A DNA stretch of 64,000 bases from Gammaproteobacteria bacterium (GCA_033852135.1 JAWSVB010000014.1:2963-66962); one strand, 5' to 3'. Shown: positions 48,600 through 59,969, counted from the first letter of the stretch. Made by a program: numbers and translations. Notes: generated by a model not told the origin, from the sequence alone.

Positions 48600-48878
48600 T
48601 TATCTAATCTTTCCTAAATGATCGATTAATTCATCAATAAGCTGGTCTTTAACTCCATCTTCAGCAGTGGCCTTATGGATGCATCCGCGTAAATGATCCC
48701 CAACAATTTGAGTCCAAACTCCGCGAACTGCACCGGATGTAGAAACTACCTGCCGCAGAACATCGATACAGTCACGGTCATCTTCTATCATTCCTCGCAG
48801 CCCTCTGATTTGTCCTTCAATACGGTTAAGGCGCTTAATTAATCGTTCTTTATCTTGGTCAGTTCCGCAAAGAGCCAT
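48600..48878 (-). CDS. CsoR/RcnR/FrmR-family metal-sensing transcriptional repressor
   Basis: RLNRIEGQIRGLRGMIEDDRDCIDVLRQV...GAVRG...HLRGC, with a Cys...His-x3-Cys CsoR-type ligand pattern. The start is placed at MALCG, with GGAGAA 5 nt upstream. Confidence 0.75.
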   Translation of the reverse strand: MALCGTDQDKERLIKRLNRIEGQIRGLRGMIEDDRDCIDVLRQVVSTSGAVRGVWTQIVGDHLRGCIHKATAEDGVKDQLIDELIDHLGKIR

Positions 48879-49427
48879 ATTTTCTCCGATATAGTATATA
48901 GGGGTATACCCTATATTATCCTGTCGATGAATGTCAATTTTTATTCTTATGCCTTTCATGTTAATGAAACAACACTGCATGGAACGTTACAGGTTTATTA
49001 TCAAGCATTATGTGTGAATTGTGTTTAGGGAAACTAGAGTTGCCAACTTCAACAGCCAAGTGATGCTTCTAATATTTGAATGCTGTTTAACAGGTAATCT
49101 GAATTAATTCATGAGGTTTAATCATTGCTTATTTTAGTTTTTCTACGATTACTGCAGAAATAGATCTGGTCAATATAGTTATTGCAAATGTTATGTGCGT
49201 TAGTTATTAATTGGGTGATTTATGGGGATTAGGTTTGGAAAAAGGATTGGTGTGAAGTGGTAAGCTGTTTATTTTAAAGTATTTATTCTGAATTTATCTA
49301 TAATTAGAGGTGAGAAACAAGTATTGTTTGTGCAAATAAGATATAGACAGCTCAAATAAGTTAGGATAACCTAAGTTAAATGCAAATTATGATTTACTAA
49401 GATTAGTAGCGGTTTAAAGGTAAACAA

Positions 49428-49658
49428 ATGAAATTAAGGCAGATGAAAAAAAATCAGTCTGGGAAGATTGTCAGAGTTACTGCGTCAAAGGAAGTTGGCC
49501 GAAGAATCAGGGATATGGGTCTAGTTACTGGAGCTACAATTACTATTGGTAATCGAGCACCGTTGCAAGACCCGGTTGCAATCAAGGTTTCAGGTTGTGT
49601 GATTAGTCTTAGAAACAGCGAAGCTGATTTTATCGAAGTTGAGGTGGGAAATGAGTGA
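49428..49658 (+). CDS. feoA: ferrous iron transport protein A
   Basis: 76-aa FeoA SH3-like domain (GKIVRV...GLVTGATITI). 8-nt overlap with feoB. Confidence 0.8.
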   Translation: MKLRQMKKNQSGKIVRVTASKEVGRRIRDMGLVTGATITIGNRAPLQDPVAIKVSGCVISLRNSEADFIEVEVGNE

Positions 49659-51846
49659 AGTGATAGCGTTAGCTGGTAATCCAAATGCAGGTAAAACCAC
49701 GCTGTTTAATCGATTAACTGGTGCTAATCAACACGTAGCAAATTACCCAGGTGTTACCGTAGAAAAGAAATCTGGTTCTTACAAAATTAATGATACAAAA
49801 TATGAGCTTGTTGACCTTCCTGGTACCTATTCTTTAACTGCTTATTCTATTGAAGAGATTGTAGCGCGAGACTTTATCGCCAAAGAAAAACCGAACGCAT
49901 TAGTAAATGTTGTTGATGCTTCAAATCTTGAAAGAAACCTATCATTTACAGTTCAATTATTAGAGATGGGTGTTCCAGTATGTATTGCGCTTAATATGAT
50001 TGATGATGCCCACCGCAGGGGTATCAAAATTGATTATAAACTCCTATCTGAAAAGCTTGGTGTTCCTGTCACCCCTATAATTGCAAAAAGAGGGCAGGGG
50101 GTTGAAGAGCTAATGAATAAAACTCTTTCAGCTATGGGGACTGGGAGTAAGCCGCTGGAAATCTCTTACGGGATTGATATCGAAGAAGCGATATATAAGA
50201 TGTCCCCACTTATTGAAGAGAAGCATTTCCTTACCAATCTATACACACCGCGTTGGATTGCAATTAAATATCTTGAACAAGATGAACTTATTATTGAGGC
50301 AGGGGATAGAAGGAATAAAGATATATCCACAGCGCTGAAAAAGATTGTTGATGAAGTAACGGTTCATATTGAGGAAACATTAGATACATACCCAGAGGCG
50401 ATTATTGCTGACCAGCGATATGGTTTTATTCGTGCACTTCTAAAACAAGGAGTTTTAACCCGAGCTTTAGATGAAACCCGAGTATTTTTGACCGAGAGAG
50501 TAGATTCAGTCTTGCTGAACAGATTCTTTGGTCCAATCATAATGATTGGGATCATTACAGGTTTGTATTACGCAACATTTACCTTTAGCGAGATACCAGT
50601 TGGCTGGCTGGAAGGGGCTATTGGTTGGCTCTCTGGAGCTGTTGAAGGAGTTCTCCCTGAAGGGATGCTGAAATCCTTGGTTGTGTCAGGAGTTATCGAC
50701 GGTGTTGGTGGCGTCCTAGGTTTTACACCAATTATTATGTTTATGTTCCTTGGGATAGCTATCCTTGAAGATTCTGGCTATTTGGCGCGTATGTCCTTTA
50801 TGCTGGATAGAGTGTTTAGGCTTTTTGGATTGCATGGTAATTCAGTAATGCCGTTTATCGTATCTGGAGGTATTGCTGGTGGCTGTGCTGTACCAGGAGT
50901 AATGGCAGCTAGAACTATTAAATCACCACGGGAAAGATTGGTAACTATTCTAACCGCACCATTTATGAACTGCGGTGCAAAGCTTCCGGTATTTGCTTTA
51001 TTGGTTGCCGCATTCTTCCAGGAGAATGAGGCTACGGTGATGCTTATCATAACACTTGTCTCTTGGGCAGGAGCTTTAGCTGCAGCTAAATTACTTAGAC
51101 TTACAGTGCTTAAAGGGGATGAATCCCCATTTGTGATGGAGCTACCTCCATACAGAATCCCAACTATTCGTGGAGTGCTTTTGCACACATGGGAAAAGGT
51201 TTGGCAATACGTTAAAAAGGCTGGAACAGTTATTCTAGCAATCTCAATTCTTATTTGGGCGATGATGACATTCCCAGGACTTGATGAAGAAAAAGTTAAG
51301 ATCTTTGACAGTCAGAGACAAGCAATTACAGCAACATATGATGCAGCAGTTGTCACAGAGTTAGAAAACGCTGGTGAAGAGGTAGAGCTTTCAGAAGTTG
51401 CTGCTGAACTACGTGAAAAGATTCTTGATGTAGATGCTAATGAAGCTCAGCTAGCATTAAGAAGCTCTATTGCTGGCAGAATCGGAACCGCTATGGAGTC
51501 AGTTACCCAGGTGGCAGGATTTGATTGGAGAACTAATATAGCCTTGGTGTCAGGCTTTGCTGCAAAAGAGGTTCTTGTATCTACTCTTGGTACAGCTTAT
51601 TCACTTGGAGAGGTGGACCCAGAAGATACCGATTCTCTAAGTGATAAATTGGCAAAATCTCCAGCATGGAGTAAGGCAACGGCATGGTCTTTGATTATAT
51701 TCACCATATTCTATGCTCCGTGCTTTGTAACTGTAGTGTGTATTGCCAAAGAGGCTGGTTCTTGGAAGTGGGGGCTATTCTCAGTGGTATTTAATACAAC
51801 TATAGCTTTTGTGCTCTCAACATTGGTCTATCAGCTAATGTTATAA
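49651..51846 (+). CDS. feoB: ferrous iron transport protein B (G-domain + membrane permease)
   Basis: GNPNAGKTTLFN P-loop, DLPG, Gate motifs, ~730 aa. The start is placed at ATG 49651 with GAGGTG SD. Confidence 0.9.
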   Translation: MSEVIALAGNPNAGKTTLFNRLTGANQHVANYPGVTVEKKSGSYKINDTKYELVDLPGTYSLTAYSIEEIVARDFIAKEKPNALVNVVDASNLERNLSFTVQLLEMGVPVCIALNMIDDAHRRGIKIDYKLLSEKLGVPVTPIIAKRGQGVEELMNKTLSAMGTGSKPLEISYGIDIEEAIYKMSPLIEEKHFLTNLYTPRWIAIKYLEQDELIIEAGDRRNKDISTALKKIVDEVTVHIEETLDTYPEAIIADQRYGFIRALLKQGVLTRALDETRVFLTERVDSVLLNRFFGPIIMIGIITGLYYATFTFSEIPVGWLEGAIGWLSGAVEGVLPEGMLKSLVVSGVIDGVGGVLGFTPIIMFMFLGIAILEDSGYLARMSFMLDRVFRLFGLHGNSVMPFIVSGGIAGGCAVPGVMAARTIKSPRERLVTILTAPFMNCGAKLPVFALLVAAFFQENEATVMLIITLVSWAGALAAAKLLRLTVLKGDESPFVMELPPYRIPTIRGVLLHTWEKVWQYVKKAGTVILAISILIWAMMTFPGLDEEKVKIFDSQRQAITATYDAAVVTELENAGEEVELSEVAAELREKILDVDANEAQLALRSSIAGRIGTAMESVTQVAGFDWRTNIALVSGFAAKEVLVSTLGTAYSLGEVDPEDTDSLSDKLAKSPAWSKATAWSLIIFTIFYAPCFVTVVCIAKEAGSWKWGLFSVVFNTTIAFVLSTLVYQLML

Positions 51847-51869
51847 GTTAGTTGTATAAAGGAGACGTT

Positions 51870-52100
51870 ATGGAAACTGCAATCGTAATATTCATAATCA
51901 TAGTGGCAGCTGTATATGTTGTATGGACTTTTTACAAAAGCCAGAATAAGGATGATGATAGCGGCTGCGGATGTTCCAATGGTAAAAGCGGCTGTGGTGG
52001 TTGTGGTGGTCACAATCACCACCATAAGCCTAGAGGGTCAAACCCTACAGATTCGATTAAGCGGCATAAAACCAGTTCAACCCCTTCATCTAGAAGCTAA
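51870..52100 (+). CDS. FeoB-associated Cys-rich small membrane protein (with His-run)
   Basis: Single TM, then SGCGCSNGKSGCGGCGGHNHHH. AGGAG RBS 6 nt upstream. Immediately follows feoB. Confidence 0.55.
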   Translation: METAIVIFIIIVAAVYVVWTFYKSQNKDDDSGCGCSNGKSGCGGCGGHNHHHKPRGSNPTDSIKRHKTSSTPSSRS

Positions 52101-52337
52101 CGCTTCATCTACAAAAACGTATTAACAAATTACACGCATTAAAAAAACACACGTATTAAAGAATAAGAAGCTAACCTGGAGTATTTATCTCTGGGGGGGC
52201 TTTGTTCGAGCATTGTTTTTTATAGTTAAATAATTTATATCAAAAGAACTAAACTCTAAGCGATAGAAGATTCAAAATATTGAACAACTGTTTGAGTTTG
52301 AATATTGGAATTTATTGGGTCTTGCAGAGCAAGTAAA

Positions 52338-52427
52338 TGGCGGAGAGCGAGGGATTCGAACCCTCGATAGAGTTACCCCTATACACCCTTAGCAGGGGTG
52401 CGCCTTCAGCCACTCGGCCAGCTCTCC
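52338..52427 (-). tRNA. tRNA-Ser (anticodon GCT)
   Basis: Reverse complement gives GGAGAGC...acceptor, anticodon stem-loop CACCC-CTGCTAA-GGGTG, long variable arm, T-loop GGTTCGAATCC, 3' CCA. 90 nt. Confidence 0.85.
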
Positions 52428-52530
52428 GGGATGCAGCTCTACCAGTAATGTAGAGCTGTATTTGATGTAGCGTAGAATACGGAAATTTCGCTAAAAGGTA
52501 AAGTCAAAAAGTAAGTTTTTTTAGAAAAAA

Positions 52531-52737
52531 TTATTGGTTTCCAAAGTTGTCATCAGAACCATCAGCAATTTCTTTTTCACGCTTAATTCTTTCATAAATT
52601 TCTTCACGATGAACAGATACTTCTTTTGGTGCATTTACCCCAATTCTTACCTGATTACCTTTTACGCCCAAAACTGTGACAGTTACATCGTCACCAATCA
52701 TTAATGTCTCGCCTACTCTTCGTGTTAGTATTAGCAC
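52531..52737 (-). CDS. csrA: carbon storage regulator CsrA
   Basis: [48 protein letters not shown] matches CsrA. Confidence 0.9.
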   Translation of the reverse strand: MLILTRRVGETLMIGDDVTVTVLGVKGNQVRIGVNAPKEVSVHREEIYERIKREKEIADGSDDNFGNQ

Positions 52738-52916
52738 GACCAGTCTCCTTGTTCTTTAAAATCTTTATGGAATATTTTTTATGCTATTTATTCCGTTTCC
52801 ATAAGGGATTACCCCTTTAGTGAATCTACAACTTTAAGCATAGTAAAATATTTACTTTATTACAGGTTGAAAATGCAGTTTTATTAAAAACTGCCAACCC
52901 TTTATCACTATATTGT

Positions 52917-54149
52917 TTATTCCTGAATTGCTGGTTCCGCATCCAGTCCAAATGCTGTATGTAGAGCTCTAACTCCAAGCTCTAAGTACTTTTCATCTAC
53001 TACAGCAGATATCTTGATCTCTGATGTTGAAATAAGATTAATGTTTATCCCTTCATTAGATAAGGTCTCAAACATTTTTGTAGCAACACCAGCATGAGAA
53101 CGCATCCCAACACCAACAATAGATATCTTAACGATTTTAGTGTCGCCAAGAACAGATTCTGCGCCAAGTTTATCAGCGATAGTCTGAAGAATTTCTGATG
53201 CTTTTTCATAGTCATTTTTATGAACTGTGAAAGTGAAATCGGTATGACCGTCTGAACCTGTGTTCTGAATAATCATATCAACTTCGATATTAGCTTCTGA
53301 TACAGGGCCTAATATTTTATAAGCTATTCCAGGAGTATCAGGAACTCTAGTTACAGTTAGTTTAGCTTCATCACGATTAAATGCAATTCCGGATACTATT
53401 GGTTTTTCCACTTCAGATTCCTCAAATGTGATCAATGTTCCAGGACCCTCTTTGAAAGAAGAGAGGACTCTAAGAGGAACTTTGTATTTACCAGCAAATT
53501 CGACAGATCTTATCTGTAATACTTTTGAGCCTAGGCTTGCCATCTCCAACATCTCTTCAAAAGTGATGCTTTCGAGTCTTTTGGCGTTTTTTACAACTCT
53601 TGGGTCTGTGGTGTAAACGCCATCAACATCGGTGTAGATTTGGCATTCATCAGCCTTAAGTGCAGTAGCTAGAGCAACTGCTGTGGTATCAGATCCACCG
53701 CGACCAAGAGTAGTTATGCACCCTTTTTCATTAACTCCTTGAAAACCAGCAACGATAACAACTTTTCCGCCATCTAGGTCTTTCTGGATGCTTTGTGCAT
53801 CGATATCTTTGATGCGAGCTTTTGTGTGCTGGTCGTCAGTGAGGATTTTAACCTGTGAGCCTGTGTATGATTTTGCAGGGCAGCCAATCTCATTTAGAGC
53901 CATTGAAAGCAAAGAGATTGTAACTTGTTCTCCAGTAGATAGGAGTACATCCATCTCTCTAGCTGTTGGGCGTGCCTGCATTTGACTAGCAAGGTCAGTT
54001 AGCCTGTTTGTTTCGCCGCTCATTGCAGAAACCACTACAACGATTTTATCGCCAGCTTCAGTTGCTGCTTTTACTTTCTTGGCGACATTCTTGATTCGAT
54101 CGGGATCCCCGACAGAAGTGCCGCCATATTTTTGAACAATTAATGCCAT
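52917..54149 (-). CDS. lysC: aspartate kinase (monofunctional, two ACT domains)
   Basis: MALIVQKYGGTSV N-terminus, ~410 aa. alaS-lysC-csrA-tRNASer synteny. Confidence 0.85.
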   Translation of the reverse strand: MALIVQKYGGTSVGDPDRIKNVAKKVKAATEAGDKIVVVVSAMSGETNRLTDLASQMQARPTAREMDVLLSTGEQVTISLLSMALNEIGCPAKSYTGSQVKILTDDQHTKARIKDIDAQSIQKDLDGGKVVIVAGFQGVNEKGCITTLGRGGSDTTAVALATALKADECQIYTDVDGVYTTDPRVVKNAKRLESITFEEMLEMASLGSKVLQIRSVEFAGKYKVPLRVLSSFKEGPGTLITFEESEVEKPIVSGIAFNRDEAKLTVTRVPDTPGIAYKILGPVSEANIEVDMIIQNTGSDGHTDFTFTVHKNDYEKASEILQTIADKLGAESVLGDTKIVKISIVGVGMRSHAGVATKMFETLSNEGININLISTSEIKISAVVDEKYLELGVRALHTAFGLDAEPAIQE

Positions 54150-54344
54150 AAATCTGCCTAAATTGTGTAAGAAAGATATGTTTCTTTGGTTGTAATGTTA
54201 GTTATGAATATATGCAGAGGACTATGGTAAATAGGTGTTTATAGCTATATCTGATATTCACTTTCGCGCGCATATTTAACACTAATTTGGTGATTAAATA
54301 AACCTGTAAATCGTTATTGTGTGCGATTATCAGGGTTTTTTTAC

Positions 54345-55172
54345 TTATGCTGCATGTTTTTCAATATGTGATTTTAGGAGTTTATTTACTTCATCTACAC
54401 ATTCAAGAACAATTGCGTGACCATATTTGGGGATTATAGTTATCTCCGATTGTGGAACATGGTCAGACATTATTTGAGAAAAACGTGGTGGGTACTGGAT
54501 ATCATCTTCAGCAGCAATGAAATGTGCTGGGCAAGTTATTTTTGATAACAGTGGGATTAGTCCATCACCAGCCAAGTCATCAAGACTACATTTGTTTAGA
54601 TTATACTGCCCAAGTGAGAAATTGGTAATTCCTTGCGTAGCATTTACTAGCATAGGCTTTCTACTCTCAATTATTTCTTCATTGTTCTCAAAATACCATT
54701 CGGAAAAAATCTCATGGGTCATCACATCGTAGTAAAAACCAACATCATCTTGTTTATTTAGGTGGCACCAATTCTGTACCGCTTTTCGAGATCTTCCAAT
54801 GATATTTGGGGCTGAAGTCATCATAAAGATTGATTTAGCTTTTTCAGGATACATTGAAGCAAATTGCTGCGTCACAAACCCACCATAGCTAGTGCTTACT
54901 AGGTGTGCATTTTCAATATTACAGTGATTCATTAGTGCTGCTAGATCTTGGGCTAGTAGCTCCATAGAATATGGGCCTGGTGTAGTTTCTGAAAACCATT
55001 GGCCGCGTAGGTCATACCTGAGCACATTAAGTCCCATTGACTCCATCAAGTCAGCCTGCTGTTGCCAGGTGCTGACGGTGAAAAGGATACCGTTGAGAAA
55101 AATTACAGTATCCGCACCAGGGAATTTATTGTTGTGCTCAAAAAAACACTTATGACCATTAATTAATTGCAT
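54345..55172 (-). CDS. alpha/beta-fold hydrolase
   Basis: Nucleophile elbow VSTSYGG and a ~275-aa alpha/beta profile. Confidence 0.65.
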   Translation of the reverse strand: MQLINGHKCFFEHNNKFPGADTVIFLNGILFTVSTWQQQADLMESMGLNVLRYDLRGQWFSETTPGPYSMELLAQDLAALMNHCNIENAHLVSTSYGGFVTQQFASMYPEKAKSIFMMTSAPNIIGRSRKAVQNWCHLNKQDDVGFYYDVMTHEIFSEWYFENNEEIIESRKPMLVNATQGITNFSLGQYNLNKCSLDDLAGDGLIPLLSKITCPAHFIAAEDDIQYPPRFSQIMSDHVPQSEITIIPKYGHAIVLECVDEVNKLLKSHIEKHAA

Positions 55173-55181
55173 CGGTATCCC

Positions 55182-57785
55182 TTAAATATTCTCTTTAGCC
55201 CATGTTTCTAATGAGGCAAGTGCGGCATCAAGCTTTTCTGGCTCACTACCACCAGCTAGAGCCATGTCTGGCTTACCACCACCACGGCCACCAACTTGAG
55301 CCGCAATGTGATTTACTACATCTCCAGCTTTAATGTTTTTGATTAGGTTTTTGGTTACACCAGCTACAAGTTGTACTTTTCCACCATCTAGTTCAGTACC
55401 AAGTACTACAACAGCGGTGCCAAGTTTGTTTTTAAGTTGGTCTACAGTCTCTCTTAGAGTTTTAGCGTCTGCACCTTCGAGTTTTGCTGCTAGAACTTTA
55501 ACTCCGTTAACTTCAACTGCATTGCTGGCAAGGTCACCACCAGCTTGGCTGGCAAGTTTACTCTTTAAACGCTCAAGCTCTTTTTCAGTATTACGGTTGC
55601 GGGTTACTAGCTGTTCCATCTTGTCATTAAGATTTTCACGGTCAGCTTTAAGGAAACCACATAGCTTGTTTAATTTATGCTCATTGTTCCATAGGTAGCT
55701 CATTGCATTTGAGCCGGTTAATGCTTCAATTCTACGTACACCTGAAGCAATACCTGTTTCACTGATAACTTTGATTAGGCCGATATCTCCAGCTCTATCA
55801 GCATGAGTACCACCACAAAGCTCAACTGAGAAGTCGCCAAGTTTGATAACTCTAACTTCATCGCCATACTTTTCACCGAAAAGAGCCATTGCACCGGATT
55901 TTGTAGCTTGGTCGTACGGCATAACGTTAACTTCAGCATCGTGATTAGCGCGAACCTGTTCATTGGCTATACGCTCAATCTCTACAAGTTGTTCATCTGA
56001 TACAGGTTCAAAGTGAGAGAAGTCAAACCTTAACCTGTCGGAATTAACTAGTGAGCCTTTCTGCGCAACATGGGTTCCCAATACTTCGCGTAACGCAGCA
56101 TGCAGGATGTGGGTTGCGGTATGGTTAAGCATAGTTGCTTGGCGTTTGGCGCCATCTACAACTGCTGCAACTTCATCTCTGGTGCTCAGTGTCCCTTGAG
56201 TTACTGTTCCAACATGAATAGAAGCATTACCGTTTTTCAGGGTGTCTTTGATCTCTATTTTGCAATCTTGACCAAGTAATTCACCGCTATCGCCAGCTTG
56301 TCCACCTGACTCTGCATAGAATGGAGTTTGGTCCAAAATTATCTGCACCTCTTCTCCAGCTGAAACTTTGTCGATTAGATTTCCATCTTTAAATAGGGCA
56401 AGAACAGTGCCTTTGCCTGTGGTTGCTTCGTAGCCAATGAATTCGGTGCTGTGTTCAGTTTCCACAGTGTCGTTGTAGTCAATGCCAAATTTACTACTCT
56501 GCTGGCTTTGTTTCTTTTGCTGCTCCATAGCTGCATCAAAGCCGTCTCTATCCACGGTTAGTTCACGCTCACGTGCGATATCTGCAGTTAGGTCAAATGG
56601 GAAGCCGTAGGTGTCATAAAGTTTGAAAGCTGTAGCGCCAGAGATAATCTTACCACCCATGGTATCAATCTCAGCTTCGAGGATTTTCATCCCTTGCTCT
56701 AGAGTTTTAGCGAACTGTTCCTCTTCTTGCTTTAGGATCTTTTTCACGAAGTCTTTTTGTTCAACAAGAATAGGGTAGGCCTTACCCATCTCTTGTATCA
56801 GGGTATCTACTATTTTGTAGAAGAATAGATCTTTAACGCCAAGCTGATATCCATGCCTTACTGCACGACGGATGATGCGTCTTAATACATAGCCACGCCC
56901 TTCATTCGATGGGAATACGCCATCTGCAATTAGGAATGAGCAAGCACGAATGTGGTCAGCAATTACGCGTAGAGATTTGTTGTTTAGATCTGTAGTACCA
57001 GTGATTTTCGCAGTGGCTTTAATCAAGCTTTGGAATAGGTCGATTTCGTAATTGGAGTGAACATTCTGCATGATAGCAGCAAGTCTCTCTAGACCCATTC
57101 CGGTATCAACTGATGGCTTTGGTAGTGGCTCCATGGTTCCATCTGCAAAACGGTTGTATTGCATGAAAACTAGGTTCCAGATCTCGATATATCTATCGCC
57201 ATCCTCTTCGGGTGTTCCTGGAGGGCCTCCAGGTATATCTTCACCATGGTCGTAGAAGATTTCGGTACAAGGGCCGCAAGGACCAGTATCACCCATGGCC
57301 CAGAAGTTATCTTTAGCACCGATGCGCGAGAAGCGGTTTTCATCAACACCTATCTCTTTTAACCAGATGTCTGCTGCTTCATCATCTTCTTCATATACAG
57401 TTATCCAAAGCTTTTCTGCTGGAAGGCCAACAACTTCAGTTAAAAACTCCCAGCCATATTTGATTGCATCTTGTTTGAAGTAATCGCCGAAGCTGAAGTT
57501 ACCAAGCATCTCAAAGAAGGTATGGTGTCTGGCGGTATAACCAACGTTCTCAAGATCGTTGTGCTTGCCACCAGCTCTTACACAACGTTGGCTTGAGGTA
57601 GCCTTATTGTAAGAGCGCTTATCTTGTCCTAAAAAGGTGTCTTTAAACTGGACCATACCAGCATTGGTGAATAGTAATGTTTTATCATTACCAGGTACCA
57701 ATGGGCTGCTGTCTACGATTTCATGCCCTTTATCTTTAAAGAAGTTTAGAAAAGCATCTCTAATATCTGCACAAGTCCAGTTCAT
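55182..57785 (-). CDS. alaS: alanine--tRNA ligase
   Basis: 867 aa. N-terminal IRxAFLxFFxxKGH, class II motifs, C-terminal editing and DHHA1 domains. Confidence 0.95.
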   Translation of the reverse strand: MNWTCADIRDAFLNFFKDKGHEIVDSSPLVPGNDKTLLFTNAGMVQFKDTFLGQDKRSYNKATSSQRCVRAGGKHNDLENVGYTARHHTFFEMLGNFSFGDYFKQDAIKYGWEFLTEVVGLPAEKLWITVYEEDDEAADIWLKEIGVDENRFSRIGAKDNFWAMGDTGPCGPCTEIFYDHGEDIPGGPPGTPEEDGDRYIEIWNLVFMQYNRFADGTMEPLPKPSVDTGMGLERLAAIMQNVHSNYEIDLFQSLIKATAKITGTTDLNNKSLRVIADHIRACSFLIADGVFPSNEGRGYVLRRIIRRAVRHGYQLGVKDLFFYKIVDTLIQEMGKAYPILVEQKDFVKKILKQEEEQFAKTLEQGMKILEAEIDTMGGKIISGATAFKLYDTYGFPFDLTADIARERELTVDRDGFDAAMEQQKKQSQQSSKFGIDYNDTVETEHSTEFIGYEATTGKGTVLALFKDGNLIDKVSAGEEVQIILDQTPFYAESGGQAGDSGELLGQDCKIEIKDTLKNGNASIHVGTVTQGTLSTRDEVAAVVDGAKRQATMLNHTATHILHAALREVLGTHVAQKGSLVNSDRLRFDFSHFEPVSDEQLVEIERIANEQVRANHDAEVNVMPYDQATKSGAMALFGEKYGDEVRVIKLGDFSVELCGGTHADRAGDIGLIKVISETGIASGVRRIEALTGSNAMSYLWNNEHKLNKLCGFLKADRENLNDKMEQLVTRNRNTEKELERLKSKLASQAGGDLASNAVEVNGVKVLAAKLEGADAKTLRETVDQLKNKLGTAVVVLGTELDGGKVQLVAGVTKNLIKNIKAGDVVNHIAAQVGGRGGGKPDMALAGGSEPEKLDAALASLETWAKENI

Positions 57786-57801
57786 TACTTACTCTCATTC
57801 G

Positions 57802-58239
57802 TTATGTTTCATTAAGCGCGCATTTTACCTGATCGAAACTAAAACCTCGATACTGTAAAAAGCGAATTTGTTTAGCTTTGCTGTTGTTATCAGTAGGAAT
57901 CTCTTTGCCAAAGCGCTTTTCTCTAGCTTTTTGGGCCATTTCAATCCATTCAGATTGTTCTAAACCAAGATCATTTTGGCTAATATTTATCCCTTTACCC
58001 TTCAATTCAGCGACAATTTTTACCGGACCATGCCCTTTGGTAAGGCGCGAATTTATAAAATTTTCGGTAAAACGCTCATCGCTTTGCAGGTTTCTCTCTT
58101 GTAGCCATTCAAGAACCTCGTAAATATCAGATGTCTCTCCACCTTTATTAGAAAGTTTTTCTAATAGCTCTTGGCTGGAGTGCTCACGACGTGATAAATA
58201 ATCAATCGAGGTTTTTTTTATGGCTTCCTTGTCGAACAA
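57802..58239 (-). CDS. recX: recombination regulator RecX
   Basis: About 145 aa with a three-repeat helical RecX pattern (YLSRREHSSQEL...). Confidence 0.75.
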   Translation of the reverse strand: MFDKEAIKKTSIDYLSRREHSSQELLEKLSNKGGETSDIYEVLEWLQERNLQSDERFTENFINSRLTKGHGPVKIVAELKGKGINISQNDLGLEQSEWIEMAQKAREKRFGKEIPTDNNSKAKQIRFLQYRGFSFDQVKCALNET

Positions 58240-58275
58240 CTTTATCCCTATATCTCTTTATACTTTAATCGTTAA

Positions 58276-59565
58276 TTAATGTTTATCTGCTAGTTCAGCT
58301 TCAATATTCCAGATCTTTTTCGATCTAAACGCTAAAGCAGATAATAATATAACGGCAAATGCGCTGATAACAAACATTAACGCAATGCCTCGATTTGCTC
58401 CAACTCCAATAATATCTGCAATGATGGAATTTTTTAAGGACCCATCGGGGAGAAGGGACGGAGTAAACACATTATCAACTGCCCAGCCGGCTACCTTGGC
58501 TCCAATAGGAATGCTAATAGTGCATGCAGTTATTGCAAAGGTAAACACTCTACCTTGTTTGCTTAGCTCTACCTTTTTCTGCCATATAACTTGGTTGCAG
58601 CCCCAGGATAATATGTGCATAAAGGATGCTATAAAGATTGCGCATGTGATTATGATGATTGTTGGTTGAGGAATAGCTAGCAGCAATACAGTTCCGTAAC
58701 AGGCTGCAAAAAGGATAACCCCTTTGATCTTTTTTTGTGGTCCACCCCAAGCCATTAGAGTTATGCCACCAATAAGGGTGCCAATCCCGCCTGCTGATAA
58801 AACCATTGCAAGATCTTGTCTGTTTCCAATGCTAAGAACATAAGGGGGGAATATTGCATTGCCAACTCCGATAAAAAAGCAAAATAGTGAGAAGAAGATT
58901 AAAAGGTATATAAGGTTGGTATGCTCTTTTATATATCTAGGGCCAATCATAAGTTCGTTAAGAAATTTCTTCAGGCTAAGTTTTTCTAATATCTCATCGA
59001 GATGAGGTATGGAGACAAAGAGGATAGAGATAACTGCAATAGAGAATGAAATTATATCTATAACTAGTATTCCAGTAAGATCGATTAGTGAAAGTAATAG
59101 CACTGCAGTTGGGGCAGCGGCGATAGTGCATAGCGCACGACCTAGACCATCAAGACCACTGGTTTTTGCCAGATCTTCCTTTTTTACTAGTGTTGAAGTT
59201 GCGGCTAAAAGTGAAGGGGCTACTAATGCATTAAATGTTGAGCTGACTGCAATGATGATAGCGATAATTGTGAAATTAAAACTATCTGTAATAAAAAGGG
59301 TAAAAATAATAAGAGAACATACCCCAGCGCCTAGGTGGCCAATTAATATTAATCGCTTTCTGTGGACCCTATCGATAAACACTCCGATTATTGGTGTGAG
59401 CAAGATAGAAGGGGTGAGAACTGTGGCAAGAATGGTTGAATAGGAGGATACGGAGCTATTTTGCTCTAGAAACCAAACCCCTAAAGCGAATCCTGTCATG
59501 GTTGTGCCAAACATTGAGATAAACTGGCCGAACCATATTAGGAGATAGATCCTGAAGGATTTCAT
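58276..59565 (-). CDS. MFS transporter
   Basis: Twelve TM helices and a GxxxDRxxRKR-like loop (FIDRVHRKRL). Confidence 0.7.
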   Translation of the reverse strand: MKSFRIYLLIWFGQFISMFGTTMTGFALGVWFLEQNSSVSSYSTILATVLTPSILLTPIIGVFIDRVHRKRLILIGHLGAGVCSLIIFTLFITDSFNFTIIAIIIAVSSTFNALVAPSLLAATSTLVKKEDLAKTSGLDGLGRALCTIAAAPTAVLLLSLIDLTGILVIDIISFSIAVISILFVSIPHLDEILEKLSLKKFLNELMIGPRYIKEHTNLIYLLIFFSLFCFFIGVGNAIFPPYVLSIGNRQDLAMVLSAGGIGTLIGGITLMAWGGPQKKIKGVILFAACYGTVLLLAIPQPTIIIITCAIFIASFMHILSWGCNQVIWQKKVELSKQGRVFTFAITACTISIPIGAKVAGWAVDNVFTPSLLPDGSLKNSIIADIIGVGANRGIALMFVISAFAVILLSALAFRSKKIWNIEAELADKH

Positions 59566-59630
59566 GTCATTATTATTAGTATTGTGGATACGGTAGGTGT
59601 TGAACCTACCGTATGAAAGTTTTGCAGATA

Positions 59631-59969
<339 letters not shown>

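Noticed and set aside
49385-49403. Fur-box-like sequence AAATTATGATTTACTAA upstream of feoA
   Set aside because: It gives only about 8/12 matches to the GATAATGATAATCATTATC core in a very AT-rich region, so I cannot distinguish it from background without a PWM scan.
52434-52458. 8-bp-stem hairpin CAGCTCTA-N9-TAGAGCTG adjacent to the 5' end of tRNA-Ser
   Set aside because: It is not followed by a T-run on the transcribed (-) strand, so it is not a csrA terminator. It may be a tRNA-precursor processing structure, but nothing supports more than that.
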